From NCBI GenBank assembly GCA_905331295.1, contig CAJNYD010000549.1, forward strand, positions 62,001-126,000: 64,000 nucleotides of DNA, written 5' to 3'. Position numbers and translations under genes: made by a program. The stretch's first letter is position 1; each line of letters opens with the position of its first letter. The notes under the pieces are model-generated. The model saw only the letters and a program-made list of their open reading frames with translations. It was not told where the DNA came from and searched no databases. This DNA comes from Rotaria socialis (taxonomy: Eukaryota). Positions 52,447 to 64,000 of this stretch are shown piece after piece.

Positions 52447-54704
52447 TCAATTTCCTATCGGCCTTATTGTATTTGTTCCTGCAAATTTATACAATAAAAT
52501 ATACAATAAACCTGGTAGAAAAACAATAGGTAACAATATCAAATCGTATTTGTTTTCAATTTCTGTTAAACTTATTAGGCCACAGAGAAGAAGAGCGACA
52601 TGTATGAAATAAATAATCCAATTTTGCATGTTTCCACAAAGTTTCCGTAGAAATGGAATCCAGTCATGCTCTCCATTGGCTACCAACGTAAAATGAATAG
52701 CATTAAGGAATATAGAACTGGTAATGGTCAAAATTGGAAAAGTAAAATCTAGAAAATTCAAAAATCTATCAAAACAAAACCAAATTCTATTTCTCTTACA
52801 AATAAGACCACCGAATAAAGCATGTAAGATCAGCAAACATGGATAAAAATGAAGAGCACTATAAATTGATGCCGAAATAAATTTTTGTCGAATTATTGAA
52901 ACAAAAATTGGTCTTAAGAACAGCATAATTAAACTTGCATATGTATACAAAACAAAAATAACACTTTGTCTAAATGCAGAACAAAAAACACCGATGAACA
53001 ATAAGAGAGAAACAAGACTTTTCCTATCTACATACAATGGATAAACAACTTCATATGAGCATCGTAGTTTTTTTCGATAATTTACAATTGGATTATGAAA
53101 TATTGGATAAAAATCACTGAATAATTTCACTTGGCATGTGTTAAATGTTAGTTTACCAATTGGTGGAAATGATAGCAAAGTAAAAATAAATGCAAGAATA
53201 ATTTCAAATATCGATAAAAAATAAAGAATTGTCTGCCTAAATAAACCAAAACATATATTTTCCTTCGTTTTTATTTTGTCATTTATACAAAATACATTTC
53301 TCTCCTCAGGAGACAATCATATTCTCATTATCGACATTTGTATCTTCCGTACGTTATTCTCGCTGTTAATAGACACTAACATTAAATATCGTAGAAAGTT
53401 ACCATGTAATCGAATTCATGCTGATATGTCAGTGATATAATAACGACAACAGCGTATTTATACATATGATTAGCTATTATCTGTAACATTGATTACATAA
53501 TGTAAAAGTCATCAACTGTACGTACTACTTAGAACACACGCAAATTCGTCTGTTAGAATACCATGAAACACTTTGTGTTGTTGCTAGGAGGTGAATCTTA
53601 TCTGATGACCTTCGATTTTGTTTATTTAAAATATTAAAATGAGATACTTCTGTAATTCATATTGATTATTTTCATCAAAAATTTATGTAAATTTGGCAAA
53701 CAAAATAATTTATCAATAATAAAAGATTTTCTCTAGAGAAATATTATCACCTAATTAGAATAGATCAAAAGAAGATGGCTAATATAGAATTAATCTTTTT
53801 TTAATGACTATCTTATCTCTTTCAATAGATTGGAAAACGCTGACTACTATCTATTTTTCCTTGGTCGTTAAGTTTGAAGTTTATTCGTTCAATTGAACTC
53901 ACAAATGTATACCATTTAATGTCACTTATTTAGTTAGATTGTAGCAGATGGAAATAACGTTTATTTTCCACTAATACACATATCTAATTGTACATATAAA
54001 ATAATGTCATGGATAACTGTTAAGTACGAGAACAAATAGACGAGGCAGAATATTGACCCATAACTAAAAAGTCATACAACCGTGACCTATATCCCTTCCA
54101 ATTGTTCCAGGCACAGAGTTTATTCTGGTAAAAAACAGTTTTACTGAACATATTTTCAACAGAACTTTTTCTTTTCTTAACAACTGATGAGTTCTCTTAA
54201 ACGTAAAATTGGTTGGACAAGGATATGCATCAACTTTTGAAAGTCAACGATCATATTCACAATTCTTGATTTTTCTTTTCTATGATAACAAATATTGATT
54301 CAATAGGAGAAAAGAAGATTTGTTTAAAAAAAGCTAATATTTCTATTCTATCCTACGAATACAACATACTTGACAAAAGTAAATTCTCGTTGTTTCTTCT
54401 TTCGTAAACGATTAACAAAATACCAATGAAAAGTTAACGCCAATAATGCCATAAACACAATGTACATAAAATTGTACAATGATAATGGTTCATTACACAA
54501 TTGGCATATTTTTTCATTATTTACACGATATCCACGTTGACAAGCCTGAATAATATAATTTAATATTTACTTTTTTTTTATTACAAGAAGAAAAGAAAAG
54601 CAGATAGTATATCTCACCCCGCAATTTGTACTATTACTTTGATAACCACAATATATACCAGGACAAATTGATAGTTTTGATTTCTCCAATAAATTGCTAC
54701 TCAT
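52447..54704 (-). CDS. JKAMP: JNK1/MAPK8-associated membrane protein
   Basis: ICPGIYCG..NCG|ACQRGYRVN..ICQLC..LYNFMYIVFMAL..LTFHW; CQVKLFSDFYPIFHNP..YRKKLRCSYEVVYPL; IYSALHFYP; multiple TM segments. Confidence 0.9.
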
Positions 54705-57700
54705 GAGATAATCTGATAAACATCTAACAAGCACAATAAATCAACAAACTAATTGATATATTAATGATAGGATAACGTTTACGAAGAATTTCAAATATTT
54801 TCATTGGTTTTCTTGGTTAACCAATCGTAAGTAACATTTTTTTAATATGCGAAACAGCGAAAAGATAAAATTACAAATTGTTTTCAGGCTTTTCGTATAC
54901 TAAATTTCTTTCAAAAATAATTATTTAATTATATTTCAAGATAATATAAATTAAAATTTATAGAGGTTAACCGAAAAAGAATACGGACTTTTTCTTTTTC
55001 TTTATAATATGCATCCTCTTGACAACGCTTTCTTTCTTCTCGTTCTTGTTGAGTATGATAGCGACCGACAGGATCGGGCGAATATGTTTGCTTTTCCTCG
55101 TTCTTTCTATTGAGTATTATTACAAGTATGTTATGTTGTTGCTGTAGCTGCTTTTTCGTCGACGAGAGAAGAACATTTTATGATTCATTCATCGATTCTT
55201 TCTCTCGCTCTCTTTCTCTCACGCTCTCTTTTACCCCTTTTCTTTCCTATTCTCTATTGTAACAATTCGTCGTCGACTGCAGTCAGCATCACCATCAACT
55301 ACAAGATGATCAAATCATCGTGGCCTATACGAACAGCATCGTTTTTTCCTTCTTCTTTTTCTTTCTTTTTTTCCTCTACTCTTTCTATCCGACGACCGCT
55401 CGTGCGGTGAAACCTTCTCTATTCTCGTCTATATGTTCGTTTATGCGTGCATATATATATATATATATATATAGAAACACAAAAAAATGTACACAGGATA
55501 TATGTGTGTATATATATATATATATGTTTTCTTATCCATAAATCATTTTCGAATGACCTCGGCGTTCATTTCAATATTTACGGGCATGATTGTGGGTACG
55601 ACTGCTGAAAGATAATTGGGCTTAATTCCATATTATTTGCACGTGTTATGTTTGTTTTTTTGTTGACTTCCGAAATGAGGTCTCTAGGTAAATTATCGAT
55701 ATGGGTATGTGTATTTCGAATTTAATTTCAAGGCTAAGAGAATTTCTTTTGTTTATTTAGATTTGAATTTTCAACAGCTGATTTTTGTTGGTCCTTTTAT
55801 TGGGTAGGCGATAATCGCCATTAGAGATTTTCTACATGTCCTCATACAGTTTCAGTGATAAAGCTTGTTTAAGACATCACATGATTCGTATGTGCATGAT
55901 ATGAAATTCTCGGCAATATTGATCTGATAATGAAGAAAATTTTTTTTTTCTTTTTTCATTCATTTTTATTTGAATAAAATAAAAAACTTAATCGTCTCGT
56001 AGCTATTTGTAAATGCGCGAATAGTTGCTTGAGGATTCAAAGGCAAGTTTCCAGAAGTTAAAAATAGCAATCAGTGGAATATCGTATTGAAATATTACAG
56101 TTCACAGACGGAGAAAATCAGTTTATGGAAATTTGCAGAATTCGAAAAAAGAAATTTCATACAATATGAATAGAAATCGAATGGAATACTAAACAAAGAA
56201 TCATTTCTATTTGCTGATTTGTCAGACGATACTTTGAGATTCAATATGAGTGTCGTTATTTGAAATGAAGTATTCATCGGACTTTTCATAGTTCCATCGA
56301 TTTTTGACTGGATGCTGAATTTTCATTTAGTCGATTGTGAAAATACGAATACATTAGAATAGAGTTCACAATATTAATTTGTCTGTTAGAAAGTGATCGA
56401 TTAAATTCGAATATGATTTTATGAATTGAGAGAAATTGGAATTCTTAATGTCTGATGTAGTCGATTTTTTTTTGACAATGGATAAGAGAGGAAAATATTC
56501 ACGAAATGAATTTGTCTCGAAAGTGCAAACAATGTTCGAAGTTCGATCTTATCCTTTCATGGTTATACCAAGTATAAGAATCAGACGAGTAGGAGTAGAT
56601 TAGGTTAATCTTGAATGGGAGTCGCTTTTGTGGATAACGATTGGAAAAGTTCAACATTGTTTGAAGTTTTCATCATTGCACTTGACTGGATGTGTTGTTA
56701 ATGTCATAATATTACAACCGAGAACTAACACGAAATTCACACATCTCTATAAACGGAAAGAATACACGGAGCTATCTGTTTGAAGTCGATATTCGTATTA
56801 TTTTTGACACATCTATTTTTGTGTCAAGAGTAATTTTGATTTGACATAATCGAACATGTGACACGACAAAATTTTTGTTTTAATTGTTTCTCTTTATATA
56901 TATATGTATATATATATATTTTAGCATGATAATGGATTTTGGTATTGAGTATTCTCTGCATACTATTGCCTCAATTGTCACAAGAATTGTATAATTGGCG
57001 TGACGATTGATGTTGTAGTACAAAGAGGAAGCTCTTAAACACCGACAACCAAAAACCAATACAAAAATATTTGAAAAAAAAATATATAGAAAGAATGCCT
57101 GGCTCTTTAATGTTACTATTGTCTTGTACTGTAGTCGAGAAAATAGTAATCTACAGTATTTTGCAGTAGTAGCACAAGTGATGCCATTTAACGACATTTA
57201 TACATGTATGTATATGATTAAACTCTGGTCTATTTACTATTGCCTCAACCGCCAAGTGAATCACCTAGAAATCTTGGCGCTTGTCACACTAGTAAAAAGA
57301 TCCAGACAACAGCTCGCTCGATGAATCGCAAGGTTGAAACATAAAATCAAAGTATGATATTCTATTTGTCTGAAAACGATACTCTTAAAAAGTCAAAAAA
57401 AAAGAATAAAATAATTTGCTCTTAGGTAAATATTGTTATCAGATTTCTATTTATTTCATGATGTATAAAATCAATGATCAAATCAAATGGAATTAGTTCT
57501 TCTTTTACTTACATTACGAGTACATCAACTAATAAAATATTAGGTTATCTGGGACTCATTTTTTACCTTAATTCAATAGTTTTCTTTAAGGAATAAAATT
57601 CAGTTGTAAACTTGAAATGTACTTTATGCAATATATGCGTGAAACTTGTACTCCATTACACCGGATATACATTATCAAAAGAAAACTTTCTTGCAAGGCA

Positions 57701-58124
57701 TACCGTTCAATATGTTTCAAAATTTTGAATACCTATGGTAATCAATCCGATCACCAGAAATAGTATAACAATTCATTGATTTTTCCTTAGCGAATTTAGC
57801 CGTAGACCATCAACTAGGTTTTTCGCTAGCAACTTATTCAAGTACACTATTTTACTAGAACACAGTGATGTAACAACACATCATTATTGCAGCGATTTTG
57901 TTTAACACCTAGTCAGGACAACATGTTTTGAAAATAAAAATTGATAGTGTAAATGTCTTTGAAGACTAGTGCTCATTTTCGCTACATGCTCAATTGTGCG
58001 TATTACAAGGATTCTCGGCATCATGTATGGCGAAATCTAATCGTTTCTCTTTTAATTTGATTTGAAAAGACAAATGGAGACAACAACACAAACGGAAACG
58101 TGAAATGTCTCTACTGGAAAAAAT

Positions 58125-58954
58125 TTAGAACAGCTTGTTCGATTTTAATTTATTATAATTCATGGAAACATTATTTTTATTGATTAAATAATTTCCATTT
58201 TCATTTAATATAGGCAATGGGTCAACATAACGAAGTGCTTCGTAGACAACAAATTGAATAGTTTGAGCTAAATTTTCAATTGTAAAATTATCATCTAAAT
58301 CTGGCATATGAATAAATATTGTTCGTTTCGAATCGATAAATAATGATTGATAATAAATGTATTCGCAAAGATATCTAAGTAGAATGAGAGAAGAGAAAAA
58401 GACGGACTCAAACATTATTTCAATAGAATAGCTTTCCTAATACCTTCCAGCATTATCAGAAACAATAATTGGTAGATTTGTTTGACGTTGTACTCGAGCA
58501 CAAATGTCACGAATTGGAAGACTTGTCATTAGACGTTTTGATGAATCATTTTTGATGCATTGACCTATTTCCGGTACGGTACCTTCATTATCTGCATGAC
58601 AGTAATCTGCATTGTAAGCAAATCTTTCCAAACGAATTTCTTTTGATCCTTTGGCTAAACCAAGATGAATTACGAGCTAGAATGATATTGGTTATTTTTA
58701 TTCTTTTTTGTCAAAGACATTTTTTTATAACTTACAGTTGGATTGTATTTAATCCAATAATCAGGTATTTTTGTTCTTACATCATCATAGGTTACTTCTA
58801 ATTGTTTAAGAATTAGATGTATTGGACGTGTCCAATCAAGATAGATTTTTAATGCTTTAGCAATTTCCCAACTAGAATTCACCATCACAGAACCCGACGA
58901 ATCGAAACCAGTGATAAGAACAATAGGAATGTTTGATTCTTGAGATGAATTCAT
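58125..58954 (-). CDS. PGPEP1: Pyroglutamyl-peptidase I (peptidase C15)
   Basis: Three exons. VLITGFD..VNSSWEIAK, IHLGLA, IRLERFAYN (Glu), SDNAGRYLCEYIYY (Cys), IFIHMP (His). Confidence 0.92.
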
Positions 58955-60049
58955 TCTCTTTATCTAGAAGAAGAGAAAAAACGAAAATATCTTACAGCAT
59001 TCTTAAGATAATAAAATAATGTATAAATTTGTTTTTTTTACAATCAATCTGTGTTGTTTGTTATGTTTATTAAATAAAGAAGAGAAAAAAAATATTTATT
59101 TGTGATTGATTGCAAGAACAAAATTACCTAAACCAACGGAGCTTGGATCAATTCAAAAGGGAATCGTTTTCTGTTGCATATATGTAATTTATATTACTGA
59201 ATATGAATAGTCAAAATAATGAAAATCTCACGTTGGATGAAATAAAATAAAAACATTAGAAAAATCTTTTTCATTTTCATATGATACAATTTATAATGTT
59301 ATAAAAATAATCACGGAAAAGACCTTTGATTATACTAATATTTGTATGTCGATCGATCTCAATCAACTGGTATCTCAAGCATAAAAAAATATGTTTGCTT
59401 AATAGAAACTAGTCGTGATGTAAAGATTTGAATAAAATCAGAACCATATTTACCTAGATGGTTTTATCGTGCTTATTTTGTCATCCATTATGTTTTACTA
59501 CAACGTACATTTCAATCAGTCCTGACTTTTGTTTTTTACAGATCTTCCTAATTTACGCTATATATTCCTTTTATCGATAGGGTCCACTGTTTTTAATATA
59601 TGTCATTGCTACAAAAGACCAACGAAAATTTTAAAACTCGTCAGTACTATTCAAATGTAGAGAGACTCAGATTAGTTTTATAAATAGAACGAGTATCAGA
59701 ACCGGCTAGACAGCATGACTATACTATCGTTTGAGTGTAGACTAAAGCTCTAGCACACAATTTATATTCGGCGTTTTCAGTAAATAGAATATGATATGAT
59801 CATTGAATAATAACTTATGAATTGTCGAAAAGAAATATTTATTCTATTATTTATTCGGAATATCTATATTAAAATCATTGTAAATCGTTATCATTTTAAA
59901 TAAAGCTTACAAAAACTAGTCTGCATGATTATGCAAATATTTTTCTCTAGAAATGTTTTTCTAAATACTTCTTTTCGGGCTCAGCATGCCATACTATATC
60001 TACAAACATGAGCTAATCGATTTTACTTAATATCAGACCGGATGTTAAG

Positions 60050-60121
60050 TAGGGGCGTTACCAGAAAAAAATTGTAGGGGGGTGGGAGCTGAGCAGTCCC
60101 CATCCCCTAGATATGCCCTTA
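60050..60121. mobile_element. 72-bp hAT-like MITE
   Basis: Imperfect TIR TAGGGGCGT / ATGCCCTTA, flanked by ATGTTAAG / ATGCTAAG (7/8 match, 8-bp TSD). Confidence 0.6.
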
Positions 60122-62961
60122 ATGCTAAGTCTCAAAATCAATCACGTGTGAGCAACAAAAAAAATTATTCTAAATAAAAAGGTGGCAACTATTCTAAATA
60201 TATAATAATATATAAAACTAGGCGAGTACAATGTAAAAAGAACCGAGGAGAAATGAACATTTACTGTGACGTTTGACTTATTGCCACCTGAATTTTTGGC
60301 TCATAGAATTTCTCTTTAAAAATTAATTTGATCTATATTTTGATATCACCTTAATGTGTTTAAAATATTTTTATTCAGCACTAAAATAAAGCACTGTACA
60401 ATATGTAAATAAGTGCGCTATGCAGATAGAAAGTGTTATTATTCAACAGGGTGAAGTAGACATGGGAAAATATTTTGATTTACTTGTCAAATAGAAACAA
60501 ATGACAAAAGAATTACATTAATCAATTCTTTTTTTTATTTGTTTCGGTCATCCGATCCGACACCTGTTCTTTATATAGAAGAGCTGTTTTCAGAATGGTC
60601 CGAAAAATAAGGCCATTTAATTAAGTACATTGTTCTGCTCGTGACTTTTGAACATTGATGTCGCACTCAATCGGTCTTTTTCTGTGTGATTAACTATTGA
60701 GATATTACCGTTTCTTTTAATAAATCGTCGATTAAAATTCATTATCTAGCGTAATCAAAGAAAAAACACATTGAGTTATACTTTTGACGCCGGAAAAAAA
60801 CAAAACTAATTAACGTCAGTGAGAATGATTATAGTCGTTATTTAAAATATATACCAAGGGCAATATGTAATGGAAGTGAAATGCATGTCATAACGATTGA
60901 TTGTTTTTCTTCTACTTAGATCGCTAGGCTGTTGGATTCAGCTGTGAAAGTTTATGTTGACCTGGCATTTCTTGATGTAAAACAAGAATACTTTGAACAG
61001 CTTCGCTTGTTTCATCGTTAGTTCCTAACGATACGACATTTTTTTTTTCAAACCATCAAAACACGTCTTTTTCTCATAAAAAGAAAGACTCGCATTTGAT
61101 TATGATTTCCTGCCATAATTACAATTGTCAATGCTTGAATAGACTTTGCGGATGTAATTTCTACTTAACGCTATTCGCTTATTTCCATTATGCACATGAA
61201 GTACTCAAATATGTTGTTGTCAAAAATCATATTGGCTATTTTTCTCGCCGAAAATATTCAAAAGGCAATTTTTTAGTCTGATTTCTTCATTTTTTTCACT
61301 GAAGAAATAAAAAGGTCGTGAATATATTTAGATGCTTTCATTTCTTTTTTTTTCCAGAAGCCCATTTCTGTTTATTGTTTCTAAAGATCAAGACAGAATG
61401 CTTTTACTTTTATTAATAACTTATAATAAGATTTTACTTTTGTTTTTCTGAATGCCAAATTACATTACGACTCCATCAGAGAGAATATAGTAGAAACTGT
61501 TATTTACAGAGTTTTCAACGCCATAAAAGAGTAACTGCACTTGTTAATTGCATTAGATTGCTGAATGCACTAAAAATTTATGTCGAGTTTGGCATGATAA
61601 AAAGCTTTTTAGTGTATCTTCACGATCCTAAGAGGTGAGGATTTTCATTTCATTAGACTTTGATTACAGTAGAAATTAATGTCGAACTAGTCATACAGAA
61701 AATGTGAGCTTTGATAATTTTATTGTAATCATCGCAACTGAATTTCTTCTCTTTTTTTTCCTCAAGATATTTATCATGACTTGTTTTACTTATTGAATCA
61801 TTAGCAATAGTCATTAAATCATCAGCACATACAATTTCTTTATCTTTCTATATAGAAATTCATAGATAAGTACATATTGATTTTGTGATAACGATTAATA
61901 TTTTTCACGTTTCCATATGTCATTCGAGAACTAGTCTTTTATTACTATTGGAGACCAATGAAAAATAATTGTATCTCTCATGTTATCCATTTTATCTATC
62001 TATCTATCTATCTCTCTATATGCATGAACGACGAAAACTATTTACTAGTAATTTACTTGTTTCTGGTTTTTTTCTTCATCTCCGATATACTACGTTCTCT
62101 AATTTAACTGCCATACACGCAACGTAGTAAGCGGATAACGGCAGGTAAAAAGATTAATTTATTTCTATAGTTTTTCATTACATACACGCGATCTTTGATG
62201 AGTACTATTTTTGCTGCAACCTCGTTTAGTATCTTGTTTTATATCACACCACAATTCAATAGGCACAATTTATTAGATATACAATCTAAACATTTCATCT
62301 GAAGAAAAGATCCTCTTGTGTTACTTGTTATGAACAGAAAAATAAATATATATATATATTTATGAGAAAAATAAATAATAAGATCACATATTCTAGTATT
62401 TTGGACGTTAGGTCGTTTGTTTCCGGTGAGTAAGAAACGCGACAAATGCGTTCTTTTCCTCTTTCGTCTTCTGCTCTCTCTTTCGGCATACGCACATTCA
62501 TGCCAATCCTATTTCTCGTTTTTCCTATATGGGTTCTTAAAAGTATTTTTGGGTGCATAAGATGACGATGTGAGTATAGACATTTCTCGGCTAGTTTTCC
62601 ATTCGGCTCCATACAATCGTAAAAGAGCGAATGAACGATGACGATAACAACACAACACGAAGAGAAATAAAGAAAAAGAAGAAGGGGGAAAGACAAAGAA
62701 AAAAATTATTCGCTACAGACTCTCGGGCTTCGCTCAATTCTAGCTATCAATCGACATTTGGATTCATTGTTTTTCTTTTCAGAATATCAGCATCATTTTT
62801 ACATTCCTTTTTATTTCTTTTCCCTGTTTTGTCACGAAGCGTTGAGTCAACACGAACTTCAGCAAAAGTGAATGAGGCGTGTAATGTTTGTGTGAATATT
62901 AGTCGAACAAAAAACAAAAGCACTCTTGTTATTGAAGAATTATAAGCAAGCAAACGAATCA

Positions 62962-64000
62962 ATGAATATCTACTATGGTTTATGTCTTTTAACATTTATT
63001 TTCTCAACTATAAACTCCATCATATTACCAACCGTGAATAAAGATTGGCTGATTGAATTTCATCAGCATGTTGAGCCAGAAGCAGCAAAGCGTATCGCCA
63101 AACGATACGCAATGGTTTCTCGTGGACCAGTATGATAAAAAATTGAAATTGAATGCAAACATGCCGTTTTTATTTTCCAATCATAGGTAATGAATGACAA
63201 ACGTTTGTATCATTTTGTGGATCTTAAATCAATAAATCCGCAAAGACGTCGAAAACGAGATACTGCTCAAGAAGAATTTATTCAACGAAACGAGCTTGTA
63301 AATAGAATTTCTTATGTTTTAGTTTAAATCTATGAGTTTTTCTTTCTAAATCAATAGGTTAAACAAGCTATTCATCAAATACCTTATATTCGTGCTAAAC
63401 GTGGCTATCGCTCTCCCGATGAGTTTAAAGCCGCTTTTCCTGAATATCAATCTCCTACGGATCCTTTTTTTCAATATCAATGGTATCTAGTAAGTTATTT
63501 TTCTTATCAATCAAATGAAATTAATTTAAATGAATGAAAACGCCAACATTAGAAAAATGTTGGTCAAGCCGGTGGCAAACCACGACTCGATCTGAATGTT
63601 GAAGAAGCTTGGGCACTTGGATATACAGGTAAAAATGTCACAACAGCCATTATGGATGATGGTGTTGATTATACACATCCTGATCTCATGCGCAATTATG
63701 TATGTGAATATAACAAAAAAACAAGAAAATAATATAATTTCGAAGTGAAAAATATTATTTTTCAGAATGCAGCCGCTAGTTATGATTTCAGTAGTAATGA
63801 TCGATATCCATATCCACGCTATACCGATGATTGGTTTAATAGGTATTGAACTATATGAAGGGAAAATAATTATTTATATTAAAATAAATTTATTCTAGTC
63901 ATGGAACACGTTGTGCCGGTGAAATTGCTGCTGCAAAAAATAATAACATTTGTGGTGTAGGTGTTGCTTATGATTCAATGGTAGCCGGTAAGAAATAGTT
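62962..64000 (+). CDS. PCSK2: Neuroendocrine prohormone convertase 2 (5' part, runs off the window)
   Basis: Signal peptide, propeptide with RRRKR and [76 protein letters not shown] (PC2-type). Confidence 0.95.

Noticed and set aside
1..64000. tRNA, rRNA or intact transposase/reverse transcriptase genes
   Set aside because: None recognised by eye; an Infernal or tRNAscan run would be needed to exclude small ncRNAs.

Overview
AT-rich eukaryotic genomic DNA with many short (~50-60 nt) GT-AG introns and compact genes. This architecture is most consistent with a bdelloid rotifer (Rotaria/Adineta-like); the taxon is my inference and was not checked. Hand-spliced genes in order: 3' end of an unknown Ser/Thr-rich gene, type I PIP5K, an ankyrin-SOCS box protein, GMF, a kelch-repeat protein, a MAPK phosphatase (DUSP), a PTB-like/polyQ adaptor, a TMC channel, an intronless histidine phosphatase (PGAM-like), ANKRD54, an orphan ORF, MTMR9, JKAMP, pyroglutamyl-peptidase I and the 5' part of prohormone convertase 2. 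About 37.3-45.4 kb is a gene-poor nest of non-autonomous DNA transposons (hAT-like, CCCAG/CMC-like and TA-microsatellite-associated MITEs), some inserted into each other. The most unusual observation is that the ANKRD54 stop codon lies only 6 nt upstream of, and in frame with, the ATG of the intronless, possibly horizontally acquired histidine phosphatase. That stop TAG also reads as a splice acceptor. Two more tight co-directional pairs (JKAMP-MTMR9, 86 nt; ASB-GMF, 160 nt) suggest operon-like, trans-splicing-resolved transcription. All gene models were read by eye and no database searches were run.
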